DNA of 64,000 bases from the human T2T-CHM13v2.0 reference genome, Homo sapiens: NCBI RefSeq assembly GCF_009914755.1, contig NC_060939.1; one strand, written 5' to 3'. The position numbers and the translations under genes were made by a program. The notes below the pieces were generated by a model. That model had not been told where the DNA came from and made no database searches. It worked only from the letters and a program-made list of their open reading frames with translations. Shown here piece after piece: positions 25,790 to 37,910 of the stretch (the stretch's first letter is position 1; each line of letters opens with the position of its first letter).

Positions 25790-26200
25790 TGTATTAGAAT
25801 ACTTGTAGCAATTTCAGAAATTCTATCTGCATAAACTTAAGTCAAATAAGAGACAAGTATTGGTTCACATGACTTGCTGTGAAAAGGGTAGTGTAAAGCT
25901 GACTTTCTGGGCAGCTGAAAACAAGGATTCAAATATGCTCAGAACTCTCTACTCCAGATTCTACCCTGCACGAGGGCTTTATTCCTTCCGTGGATTTTCT
26001 TCCAGGGAAGTTTTGAATCAATATTAACAGCAACATAACAGAGATGAAAGAGCTTTACTCCTAAATCCAGTGTGAAACATTTTGGAGAACTCTTATTGGC
26101 TGCATTTGGGTCAAATGCTTGCCTCTAAACCATCTGGGAAAGTAGAGTCAGCTAAGGGAATGAACAAATATGGCTAAAATAGGGAAGAAAGCAGACACCC
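25790..26200 (-). mobile_element. Old MaLR LTR (MLT1K/J-like)
   Basis: 'cagaaattctatctgcataaacttaag...tattggttcacatgact' and 'ttattggctgcatttgggtca'. Confidence 0.45.
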
Positions 26201-26799
26201 CTCAAAATGACAGGGATAACACTGACAGATTATGAAGTAGACAGTCCCTTCCCCCTAAGTTTATGTCCATTTAGAGGATAAGAGAGAGAAAATGACTTTC
26301 TTGTTCAGTCATAGAGTTTGGACAAGAAAAACATAGTATTTGCACACTCCGCTGGAATACTTGATGAAGTGAATGTGTCTCCCTCTAATGAAGTTATTCC
26401 ATCTTTTGGGCAATGTCTTTGAGCTTGACAAGTACCAGGGACTTTAATTGAAAATTACTTTGGGAATCTTGCCAGACATTACAAATTAAAAATATGAAAA
26501 CCTTTCTCCTGGGTCAGGAGTGTAACAAGCCCCATGTCAAATGTCATTACCCCACGTGCATTCTAGGACTGTGCAGGTGGGAAGCTAAGTGTTGATTGCA
26601 TATTTTAGCCCAAGAATAATTTCCTGAATGGCAATTTGTTCCTTTATTTGATGAAACTGAGGTTTTCAACAGCAGTAAAAGGCAATCTTTCCAGAGTGTA
26701 TTTCCGTGGGTTATGAAGATTGATTATGCTGTTTAACGAGAGATTCATTATTTGGTTATTTGGACCATGATTTATTAAAAAAAAAAAAAGGTAAAAAGC

Positions 26800-27850
26800 T
26801 AATGATTTCCAGTTAGGCTTGTCCCCTGAACAGTTGTATTTAGCTCAGCATTGCTTCTAATTGATAGTGCTGGGAGGGTGGGGAGGAGGGGGAAAGGGGG
26901 AGCCTGGAGACCAAGGCCTTCTTTAAGCTGAGCCATTGGCACTTTCTTGGACAGCAAAGGGGCCCCCTAATTGCTTTGGATCTCAGGACTGAACCCCCCT
27001 CCTCACTGCCCCAAGCTTGAGGGGGTTGGAATTTTGATTGTGTAGGAGAACAAGGGGTTGGGGGCAGGGAAAAGGCTTGGCCAGGGCAAAACTGACGACC
27101 AGAGAGGACACAGAGCCTAGAAAAGACCCAGGGAAAAGCAGAAGGCAGAGAGCTGTGAGGAGGAAAAGGAGAGGAAGAATCAAGGAGGAGAGTGTGCATG
27201 CCAGTGTGAAGGAGAGAGAGGGAGAGGGGGTCCTACAGCAGTGTTCAGACCTGGGCAGCAGACTGTGAGACGGTGGCAAAGACTGAGGTGAAAGAGTTAT
27301 AAGTGAGCCTCAGCTCATGTGTGGGTGCGGGTGTGTGTGCAGGACCCTCAGCGGGGCTCAGGCTGCCTGTGTAGACCATGCCCAACTGCAGAGAGGGGCA
27401 GCCTCTCTCAGGCCACACACTCCTTAACAGGCCATTTCAGCCACTGCAACCTTAAGGACTCTCACTTTAGAAAAACAGACAAACCAATCAACCTGTTTGC
27501 AGCTTTGAGGATAAAAACAAAAAACAAGAAAAAAGGGCGGGGTTGGGGGGGGATGTGGGAGGAATATCCTTCAGATCAAGGAGGAAACTTGCTCTGCTTG
27601 TGTCTGTTGTCCTCCAGACACCTGCCTCTGCGGTGGCACCTGCACTGTCTGACCCCGTGGAGGGACAAAGAAGCGCCAAGAAAGGGCCTTGTTCCTGAGG
27701 TCTTCTCTGTGGGGGAAGCTCAGTGGTGAGAACCAAGGGGCAGACAGGAAATACTTTGTTTCTTGATACAAACCAGCCCTAGATACTAGAAAATTGCCAG
27801 AAAAATCCCAGAGCAAGAGCTGAGACGATGATAACCATAGTTACTAATTG
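26800..27850 (+). promoter_or_regulatory. Candidate non-CpG-island promoter region
   Basis: Repeat-free; G4 motif 26872-26900; inverted CCAAT near 26935; long GA-rich tract about 27040-27230; GC box GGGCGGGG near 27535; donor-like sites at 27303 and 27726. Confidence 0.5.
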
Positions 27851-28152
27851 TTGAGCTGGGAAGTGGCTGGGCCCTGACAGTCATGATATTAAACCTTCTA
27901 AGGACCATGCAGGGCAGGCTTTGTTATTGTTGCTTTTTTTTCTTTTCTTTTTTTTTTTTTTTTTTTTTAAATGGTGCTGTCTTCTGTCTTCTACCTTGGA
28001 GGAAACCGAGGCTCCAGAGAGCTGGGTATCTTTCCAAGGCCTTGACACTGGGAGGTGATGAGTCACGGTTGGCTCTAAAGCCCAAGCTCTTTTCTTCACA
28101 CCTTGATGCCGTCTAGCCTGTCCATGGACCAATTAGAGCCAGTGACCAACAG
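27850..28152 (+). other. Candidate 5' (probably non-coding) exon ending in a consensus splice donor; start uncertain (TSS, or acceptor at 28038/28039)
   Basis: CAG|GTGAGT at 28150-28158; AP-1 TGAGTCA 28059-28065; in-frame ATGs at 28106 and 28124 in weak Kozak context. Confidence 0.5.
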
Positions 28153-29128
28153 GTGAGTGCGCATTTGGACACATCTGTACTGGACTTGAGAACCATTCAC
28201 ATCCATCAGTTGGTTTCACTTTAAGGCCACACGTGAGGCAGAACAGGCCTCCCAGAGCAAATGAAGCGGAGGCGCTTCAGGTAGCAGGAACATGGAAATG
28301 CCTTCTAAATGGGGTCTCTGGAGTTTGGAAATCCAGCTTTGCTGGCCACCCTGTCTCAGGAGAGGGTGCCTCTGACCCTGCCTCAGATCAAAGCACCAGG
28401 GTGCCACTGAAGGAGGGATGGCTTTCTTGCCAGGCTGTAGGGGAGCAAATAACTCCATCCTTGTGATCAGGGATGGGGGAGCAATGGCACATGCAATGGA
28501 GCCCTGCCAAGGACAACCCCCGATTTGAACTACAAAGCAATCCAAACTAGGAGAAGCACAGTCACTGGGGACAGAACATCCTTTATTGTTGCTTTGAGAT
28601 GGTCCCAACCCAGTTTCTACAAAGTCATGCCTTCAATTCTTTCAGCATTCTTACATTTTCTTATCATGTCTCAGGGAAAATCCTAGCCTCTCAGCACCCA
28701 GGGATCTCATTTTTAAAGATATAATTAGGAAGTCCAGTCAAATCGTTCATTAAAAAATTCCATTTTCTGAAAGTATTGCTCTGTAGTAACAAATTTTATA
28801 AGTTGCTGTTTTGCCACGTCTCTCTTAAGATTTGTATGAAATAAGTTCTTTTTAAGTCCATACGGGATGGGGAGATGGTTTTTTCACACTTTCTACATGT
28901 TATAGTTTACTGTGGAGGAAAGGAAGATTTGATGAGCGTTGCTTTGGAACTGAGAAACTGAGAGCTGCCTTTTATGGTGCATTTTCAAGTAGCAAAGGCA
29001 ATACTTGGCCTGGAGTACCAAGAAGAGCTGGGCAGTGGTAGTGAGACTTTGCTGCACATTCAGAGTCTGCTTGGGTTTCATACATGGAACTATAAATGAG
29101 AAACTCAAATTTCAAAATATAATCAGGG

Positions 29129-29480
29129 GATGGTATCAGCAAGATGGTAGAATACCATCACTCTCCCACCCCCAACAAAAGTACAACTAGAAACTATTCA
29201 AAAACCAGAATACCACCCTAAATTCACCAGAACTTGGGAGGAAGCAGAGAAACCCCCTCAGCCCACAGAATCGAGAGAAGCCTAGACTGATAGCTAGAAG
29301 AGAGGGTCTTAAAAGTTACCACCATAAAGAGATGATCAAGGTTTGAGGTGATGGATACACTACCCTGATTTGAATCATTATACGATGTCCACATGTATTG
29401 AAATTTCATACTGTAACCCCAAAACAAACAAAATTATTGTGTCAATTATAAAACAAAAGTTAAAAATTCAAAAATAAAGG
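29129..29480 (+). mobile_element. Internally deleted (possibly spliced) L1MA: 5' terminus fused to 3' terminus
   Basis: L1M 5'-end-like 'caagatggtagaata...caactagaaactattca...ccagaacttgggag...cacagaa' followed by L1MA 3' end 'atagctagaagagagg...tttgaggtgatggata...taccctgatttga' and A tail; flanks ATATAATCAGGG / AGATAATTAGGG. Confidence 0.65.
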
Positions 29481-29496
29481 AGATAATTAGGGCAAG

Positions 29497-29648
29497 AGAC
29501 AGAGGAAAGATGATGTGAAGACACTAGAAGACAGCTATCTATAAACCAAGGAGAGAGGCCCTCAGAAGAACACAACCAGCCATCACCGTGGTCTTGGACT
29601 TCCAGCCTCCAGAACAGTAAGAAAATAAATTACAGTTGTATAAGCCAC
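29497..29648 (+). mobile_element. MaLR LTR fragment (MLT1B/A-like)
   Basis: 'ccaaggagagaggccctcagaagaa...tcttggacttccagcctccagaac...aaaataaatt...taagccac'. Confidence 0.8.
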
Positions 29649-29771
29649 AAACAACACACACAAACAATATCTCCCCCAACCCCGCCCAAGCACACATAAT
29701 CAGAAAAAGAGACACAGGAGAGAATGCATTGGCCATGGACACACCCAGGATGGGTGTGTCTCTGTTCTTTG

Positions 29772-29774
<3 letters not shown>

Positions 29775-29830
<56 letters not shown>
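29775..29830. repeat. Poly(T)56 mononucleotide tract
   Basis: 56 consecutive T. Confidence 0.97.
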
Positions 29831-29832
<2 letters not shown>

Positions 29833-30112
29833 TGGGGTGATTATTAACTGCTAAGGTCTAAGACTGTGCCCTTTTTGGTCTATTGCTGTATTCCCGAGCT
29901 GCAGCACTGGGCTTTTCTTATGCGGTTGGACAACCTATGCCCTGCACAGAACTGCCTGGATATTGGGGGTGAGAGTGCTGAAATGCAGCCTGTTCCCAGT
30001 TTGCCAAGCCAAGAGGCCTGGGCCTGCCTTCTCCTTCCTAACTCACACAGTCTGGCTTACTGGAAGCTCTGCCTAACACAGCACAATGTCTGGCATATCA
30101 ATTATTTTTTTA

Positions 30113-30499
<387 letters not shown>

Positions 30500-31539
30500 T
30501 TATAAATGCTTAATTTATAGGACAACTGGGAAGTTGGGATTAAAAACAGAATATACTTTGCAAAGTCATGTATGACTATAAGATATTCTTTTAGTGTTGC
30601 AAAAGCCATAGAGCTTCTATCTTATCAGTAACTCCCAAGTCAATTATCCATACAATAGTCAAATTTGTAGCTCCATTTTTATATGCCCCAATTTTTAGTT
30701 CACAAGGAAAAAAAGTACCAATCCCAATGTACCTTTCATTCTCATTAACCTAACCCATAGAACATTGGTTATTATTTTCTTTCTGAAGTGGAAATCTTAA
30801 CAATACCCTCTCTGAAATAATTGCTGTTTTGCAATATTAGAAATATTTCAACAGTGACAGCTTGGAAATGTTTTAACTTTTAAATACTTAAACCAAATAA
30901 TAAATAAACCCTTGTGATTAATGTTTCCAGAAGGGACGAGTAACATTATCCTTACAGCTGTTCATGATATAATATCAAAATGAAAAACATGCACGAGAAA
31001 AACAGCAAGCCCATGCTGACTTCATGTCACTTTTTTTGCAAATAGCTCTAATGCGAAGACATCCTTAGTAAGACTCAACCAACGATATTTCATCTGATCA
31101 TCATTTAGCCAAACCACAACAATACTCCTGAGGCCTCTTCAGTTTCACTGACAGCATCTGTCATTTCAGTTACTGCAAATGTGATCTCTTGCAATGATGC
31201 TAGCTGGGTCACTCTGTGGCCCGAAAGGAAAATGAATCTCTTTTTAATAAAAATTTTAATGTTTTATTTTTGAGGGAGGACATAATAGTAGCTTAGAAAG
31301 AGAGGTTTTTGATGGGTTTGTTTAGAAGGCTTAGAAAATAAAACCAAAACATGAATGTGCAAAAATGCATATGTTACTGATTTAACTATGTACCTGAGCT
31401 TCTAAATTGTTAGAATTCCTGTTTACATCAAAGGTAGTTTTAAAGAACAGAAGGCAGAACTATAACTTAAAAAATCCCTAATCTTAGTAGTCAATAATTT
31501 ATTAGCAGAATTCTCCAGCAACTTATAATTTTATGAGCA

Positions 31540-31740
31540 TAATAATAACTACCATATGTGGCAGGCTTGCTCTGTGCCAGAGGGTCTGTGCCACAGGGTG
31601 TGTTAGGTGGCCTTAAATGCCTTATCTGCATTAACTTTGTGACAGTCCCCTGAGGTACGTACTATTTCTCTCATTTGGAACCTGGCACAGATTGGTTGCT
31701 GAGCAGGACTCCAGCACAGGGTTGCCTGACCCAAAATGTT
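31540..31740 (-). mobile_element. MIR SINE
   Basis: 'ataataactaccatatg...tgtgccag...gacagtcccctgaggta..tactatt'. Confidence 0.5.
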
Positions 31741-33000
31741 GCGCTTGCCCACCCTGGAAGTTTAGATGCCAAGTTATGACTGTCAAACGAATTGGTGAGG
31801 AGACAGTATTGGCAGAATTGGTGAGGTTCTGCAACTGTCAAGAGTTTCAGGTTGTGAATATGAATTCCACTTCTTAGCTCCCTCTGCCCCGTGGCTTTTT
31901 TTTTTTTTTTGAAATGGGTCCTTGTGATGGGGTGGGGTGGGGATGGGAGTGCCCTCCTGAAGACCTGGCAGTTGTGTCTCATCTTTCCAGGTATATCAAA
32001 ATGACATCCCTCCTGGATGGCACATCCTCCCCAGACAGCCTGCCCATTCCCTGGCTCTGACAGGCTAGCAAATCCCTGATAACCTCGGAATGCCTCAAGT
32101 TGTGTCAATGAAGGGCATTGAGACTTTGATGTTGGACAGATGCCCCATGATGGATGGGCACTGGCTGATACAGTTTCCCACGGTGACTCAGAAGTGCGAA
32201 GGAGAAAGGAGGGCTGAGGTGCCAGCTCCAGGCAGGCCAGGCACCCCAGATGTCAGCACCTGCCCGACTGCCTCTGACATACCCTCAGACATACCTTTTG
32301 GCATGTGGAGCCCCAGGTGCCTTTCTTCATGTCCAGATAGGAAGACTCATCTTAAGGGGTGTGGCAGCAACTGAGCATGTGTACCACCACCTGAGCTGTA
32401 GTTCTTGTTTCTGTAAGAGAAAATGCTCCCACATTATCCTACTACACTCTAGACCTCAAAGGTGAGGCAGAGCGTGAGTCAAGGGATCTGAAATGAAAGC
32501 AGTTGTAGTGAAAAGCCCATGAAATATAGCGCTCAAGGGTAGCTGAGTCTTGCAGGCTGTAATTTATGCTGTTTCCTGCTTTGAGAATGTATCCCAACCT
32601 TTTGGTTACTAGAAAGCCTCAATTTGAATAGTAAAAGACCTGAATTCTGGGTCCTCTAACTTCTCTTCATGTGTGGCTCAGTCTAACCTGTAGTTTAAGA
32701 CTCAGACACCATGCCTTCCAGGAAGCCTTCCTTGATGTCTCCAATTCTACATTAATTCCTCCAGTATGAGCTTCCACAGTAACTTAATCTTACCCTGAGG
32801 TGTCTATATCAAACTGCTTCCTCACTTGAGGGAAGGCACCAGGTCTTGTTTACATTTTTGCTCTATATCACTACAACACAAGAGAGAATGTGATAAAGGT
32901 TGTAACAGACCCAGAAAAACCACTCTAGGAGCTCTGAGAAGGGTAGTTCATGTAAATACACACACATATACATATAGTTCATGTAAATATATGTATGTAT

Positions 33001-33023
33001 ACACACACACACACACACACACA
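33001..33023. repeat. (CA)n microsatellite
   Basis: About 11 CA units, preceded by TA/TG-rich sequence. Confidence 0.9.
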
Positions 33024-33949
33024 GCCTTCATCAAGGAAGAGATTGCTCTTAGGATGTTTTCAGATTCAAGATGCTGTAAAATTTGTATTGATGATTGCTT
33101 TTCTTTCTATCCCTTGTAATTTCTACACTTACAGCTCATTGATTGTTCTTCTCATAGCATTAAAGTCTTCAGCATCTGGCATGAGTGGCTTGTTTTTTTT
33201 GTTGTTGTCGTTGTTAAAAAAAAAAAAAAAGTACGTTAGACTATATTGAGCAGATCCATTGAATAACCACATTCAGCATACCTAACAGTCATAGGATGTG
33301 ACTTCATTTGAGGCACAGCGATATCATTTGCTTGGATCCTTTCCATGGTCTTGTTGGGTCGAATGGCTTTGGTTAATTGCTGTTACGAACAAGCTGGGGT
33401 TCAGGCAGGTTTAGGTCACCAGGCAGGGCTCAGCCCATAAACCAGAACATGGATCTCCTAAGCCCCAGTCAGGGTTCCTTTCCTTTTGGTAACAGCAGGT
33501 CCCCTTTGGCCCACAGTCGACTCACATTTGTTTCCCCAGGGTGTGGATGGCTACAGGAAAGAGGCCAAGTAGAAGCTGGGGGTGCAGGAGGTTGGGCCAA
33601 AGTCAGAGTCCTTGAAAGATAAAGGTTGAAGGACCAGGACAGGAGACTGTCGAGAGTGAGAAGAAGAGTCCTGGGCTGGCTGTGTGACCCCAGCAAGCCA
33701 TGCATCTGCTCCAGCCATCAGAAAACCTGTGCACTGTTGGTCTCTGCAGGACCTTCTAGCATGTATATTCCATAAGTCTAATTCTAGAAACTCACAATTT
33801 TTGAACATAATGAAAAGAATGAATCAAAACTTGGAGTTTCATCATCTAGCTCTTTTGCTGTCACCCTCTTTGTATGATAAAGCGTATCCCCTGGAGGGCA
33901 GAGTCTATTTTCTCCGTATTTACATAAATATATTGAAGGAGACCACCTT

Positions 33950-34350
33950 GTCTTTTTTTTTTCCCCCTCAAATGGGAAGTAGCATTATACATTTTCCCTA
34001 TTATAAAGGAAATTTTGAAATACAACTCTTACATAAGAAAATTCACAAATACATAAAAGAAGCAATCCATCTATAACATTAGGAAACTACTATTTTTACG
34101 TCGTTACATTTTTTCCTGTGCCCATATACACAGGTGAGTAAATATTTGTATTTTATAAAAATAAACTTATTCACATGATTTTGAAGGCTGCTGTTTTTAT
34201 TTAAATATATGGCAAATATCTTCATTTCAATGAATGGGGTCTAACACACATCTCAATATCTGTGTAGGGGCATGATTGTTTTATCCAGTACCTAGTGTCT
34301 TAATGTCCAGCAGTATTTTGCTATAATAAACAACACTGCGGTAAATACTC
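33950..34350 (-). mobile_element. Old L1ME-like fragment
   Basis: AT-rich decayed L1 3'UTR ('ttttgctataataaacaacactgcggtaaata'). Confidence 0.45.
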
Positions 34351-35574
34351 TCATGAACTCACTGAAGGCCTCAGCATCTGGACTTACAGAAATGGCTGAT
34401 GAAGGTGGGATCAGGAAATAGAAGCTGGGAGCTGTGGCATTCTGGTGTTCTCAGATGCTGTCTGTGAGCCTCGGGAAAGCAGTCAGTTCTGAGACCAAAC
34501 TAGGAGTTTGAGTCAGCACTGGAGAAGAACTGCTTAGTGTTGGAACTGGCCTCATCCCCAGGGATCCTTAGGAGTGGCAATGACCTAAAGCTTCAGGACA
34601 TACTTCCTGGAGCTGGGCATCTCCAGTGGGCTAAGCCTAACGGCATCTTCCAAAGAATAGACATTTCGCCCAAAGGAAAAAATGACTAGTTGTATTTTGA
34701 AAATTCCTTACACATTAGACAATTGTCTGTTCATGTTTGGAGGCTACTGGAGCCTGCTGTTTGTGCTACAGCCAATGAGTGTGAGGGGAGAAGAGAAGGA
34801 AACACCAGGATGTGCGGCTTTGGAGGCTTGGTCCCCGGAGGGGAAGTTGCTGTTTGTGGGTGGTGTCAGATAGACTAAGGAAAGGAAAGTAGCATTTGTG
34901 GAAGGTCCCAGAAGTTTCATGTCCCTTCTCATACTGAATTCTCACAGCAGCTTTTAGAGTTGTTCTCCTGTTTATGGATGAGGAAATCGAAGTGAGCGGA
35001 TTCGGGTCACTATTCTAAGGCCAGCTCACAGTGGCAGAGCTGAGAGTTATTTGGACCTTTGTCTTTCTGGCACTTTCTATTAAATCACGCTGAGAAGTTT
35101 GGGAATTGTTCACAACCCCATTGAAGTGAAAACTGATTAATATCAATTTTGAGAGTGATGAGTTATTAATTACACATGTAAGAAAGCTGAAGATAACGAC
35201 GATGTCAGGCAGCAACTCACCTTCCATCTCATGTGGTTAGACCCTTACTTCTAAGTTGCTATTTTGCCTTTAGACTGTGAACCTCATCATGTGTGTTGAC
35301 AATGTGGCCAATGAATGTGGTGCAGGCTGGGATCTGGCTTCCACGGGGCTCTTACCCTCTTCTCTGTGCTCAGAGACTTTACAACAAGAGCTTAGAAATA
35401 AGTTCGCCTCTGGGCTGAGAATAGGGAAGGAGTCTGAGAGCACAGAATAGCTAGCACATTCCTTTAGTTGGCACTAGTGCATTTCCCGCTGTGGTAAAAA
35501 ATCACACTCCAGCCAGCCCCAATGGTCACAAAGTCTCTGATGTGCCCATTCAACTTTTTCTTGTTACCCTAGTC

Positions 35575-36064
<490 letters not shown>

Positions 36065-36698
36065 TTAGCCCAATAGGTTTATCAAAGCCCCAAACCTTCC
36101 TTTTTTAACTCAAGATAATGCTTCAGAATACACATTGTCTCAAGTTTACTGGCCTCTGGGCACAAAGAATGTAGACATGGAAGGCCACTAACATTTCCCT
36201 GCTACTATTAGTGAACAAAAGCTGCATTCTACCAAATGGCCATGCGACTGAACACAGAGCCAGCGTTTTTGCAGAAAAAGTTGAATGGGCACATCAGAGA
36301 CTTTGTGATTATTGGGGATACTGGGGATTTTCTGTGGTTGCTGTTCACACCTGGTGGTCACGGGTGTCCTGAAGAATGCTCTTACCTAAGAAACGCCCGT
36401 CACCTGCTCCTTCTCCTGGCACAGTGGTCTGAACTTGGGACTGGCCAACCTCACTGGAGGGAAACCCATCAGCTCCAATATCCCATTTTGTTTCCCCAGT
36501 TGTTTCTGATGAGACAGAACAGTAATGCCCAGGGTCACATTCTCCTAGAGTGTCTACTTCCTAGAAGAGTAGAGAATACTTATGACTAAGACACAGGAAC
36601 CTTGGGTTTTCCCCCTGCTGCGTCTCTATTCAGCTCCTTTACTTTGAGCAGACTGCTTCCCTGTTCTGGGCTCAGTTTTCTCTCAAAAGTCATCTTTA

Positions 36699-37910
36699 TC
36701 ATATGCAAAAGAGTGAAGTTGTACCCTCACCTTATACCATATTCAAAAATTAACTCAAAATGGATCAAAGACCTAAACACAAGAGCTAAAACTATAAAAC
36801 TCTTCGAAGAAAACATAGCAGAAAATCTTCATGACATTGGATGTGACTCCAAAAGCATACATAACAAAAGAAAAAAATAGATACATTGAACTATAGAAAA
36901 ATAAAAAATTTCTGCGCATCTAATGACACAATAGAATGAAAACGCAACCTGTGGAATACGAAAAACTATTTGCAAGCCATATGTTTAGTAAAAAGTTAAT
37001 ATCTAGAATATATAAAGAACTACAATGCCACAAGAAAAAACATACCAAAAAACTAAAAATAGGCAATGGACTTGAATATACATTTCTCCAAAGAAGACAT
37101 AAATGTCCGGCAAGCACATGAAAAGATGTGTAATACAGCATTAATTATTAGGGAAATGCAAATCAAAATCACAGTAGGTATCACCTTATACCCATTAGGA
37201 TGGCTACTATCAAAACCAGAAAATAGCAAGTATTGGCAAGGATGTGGAGAAATTGGAACTCTTGTATTGGTGGGAATGTAAAGTCCGGTCGCTTTGTAAA
37301 CCAGGACGGTGGTTCCTCCAAAAATTAAAAATAGGATTACTATATGATCCAGCAATTATATTTCTGGGCATATACCCAAGGAATTGAAAGCAGGGTCTCA
37401 AAGAGATATCTCTACATCCATGTTCATAGCATTATTCACAATCAACAAACGGTAGATGCAACTTGTGTGTTCCTAGTCACGTGAATGGATAAAGAAAATG
37501 TGGCATATATACATATAATGGAATATTCAGCCTTAAATTCTGATATGTATTACAATATAAATGGACCCAAGGATATTATACTAAGTGAAATAAGCCAGTC
37601 ATAAAAAGACAAATACTGTTATGATTCCACTTACATGAGGTACCTAGAGTAGTAAAATTCATAGAGACAGAAAGAATGGTGACTGCCAGGGAATGGAGAG
37701 AAGGAGAATGGGGAGTTGTTATTTAATGGGTCTAGAATTTCAGTTTTGTAAACTGAAGAGTTCTGGAGATGGATGGTGGTGATGGTTGCACAACCGATGT
37801 GAATGTATTTAATGCCATTGAAGTGTACACTTAAAAATCTAACATAGTAAATTGTATGTTATGTTTATTTTACCACAATTAAAAATGGAGAAAAGCTAAA
37901 AAAAAAAAAC
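36699..37910 (+). mobile_element. 5'-truncated L1MB (ORF2 end plus 3'UTR) inserted in a MIR
   Basis: ORF2 C-terminal remnants ([16 protein letters not shown]; HFSKEDI); A tail; TSD core TCATCTTTA at 36690-36698 and 37912-37920. Confidence 0.92.

Noticed and set aside
28113-28135. RE1/NRSE (REST) site
   Set aside because: The reverse strand has CCATGGACAG (right part) but lacks the TCAGCAC left half. TCAGCACC at 28691 lacks the right half. No full site.
29636-29854. Poly-phenylalanine ORF
   Set aside because: Artefact of translating the T56 tract.
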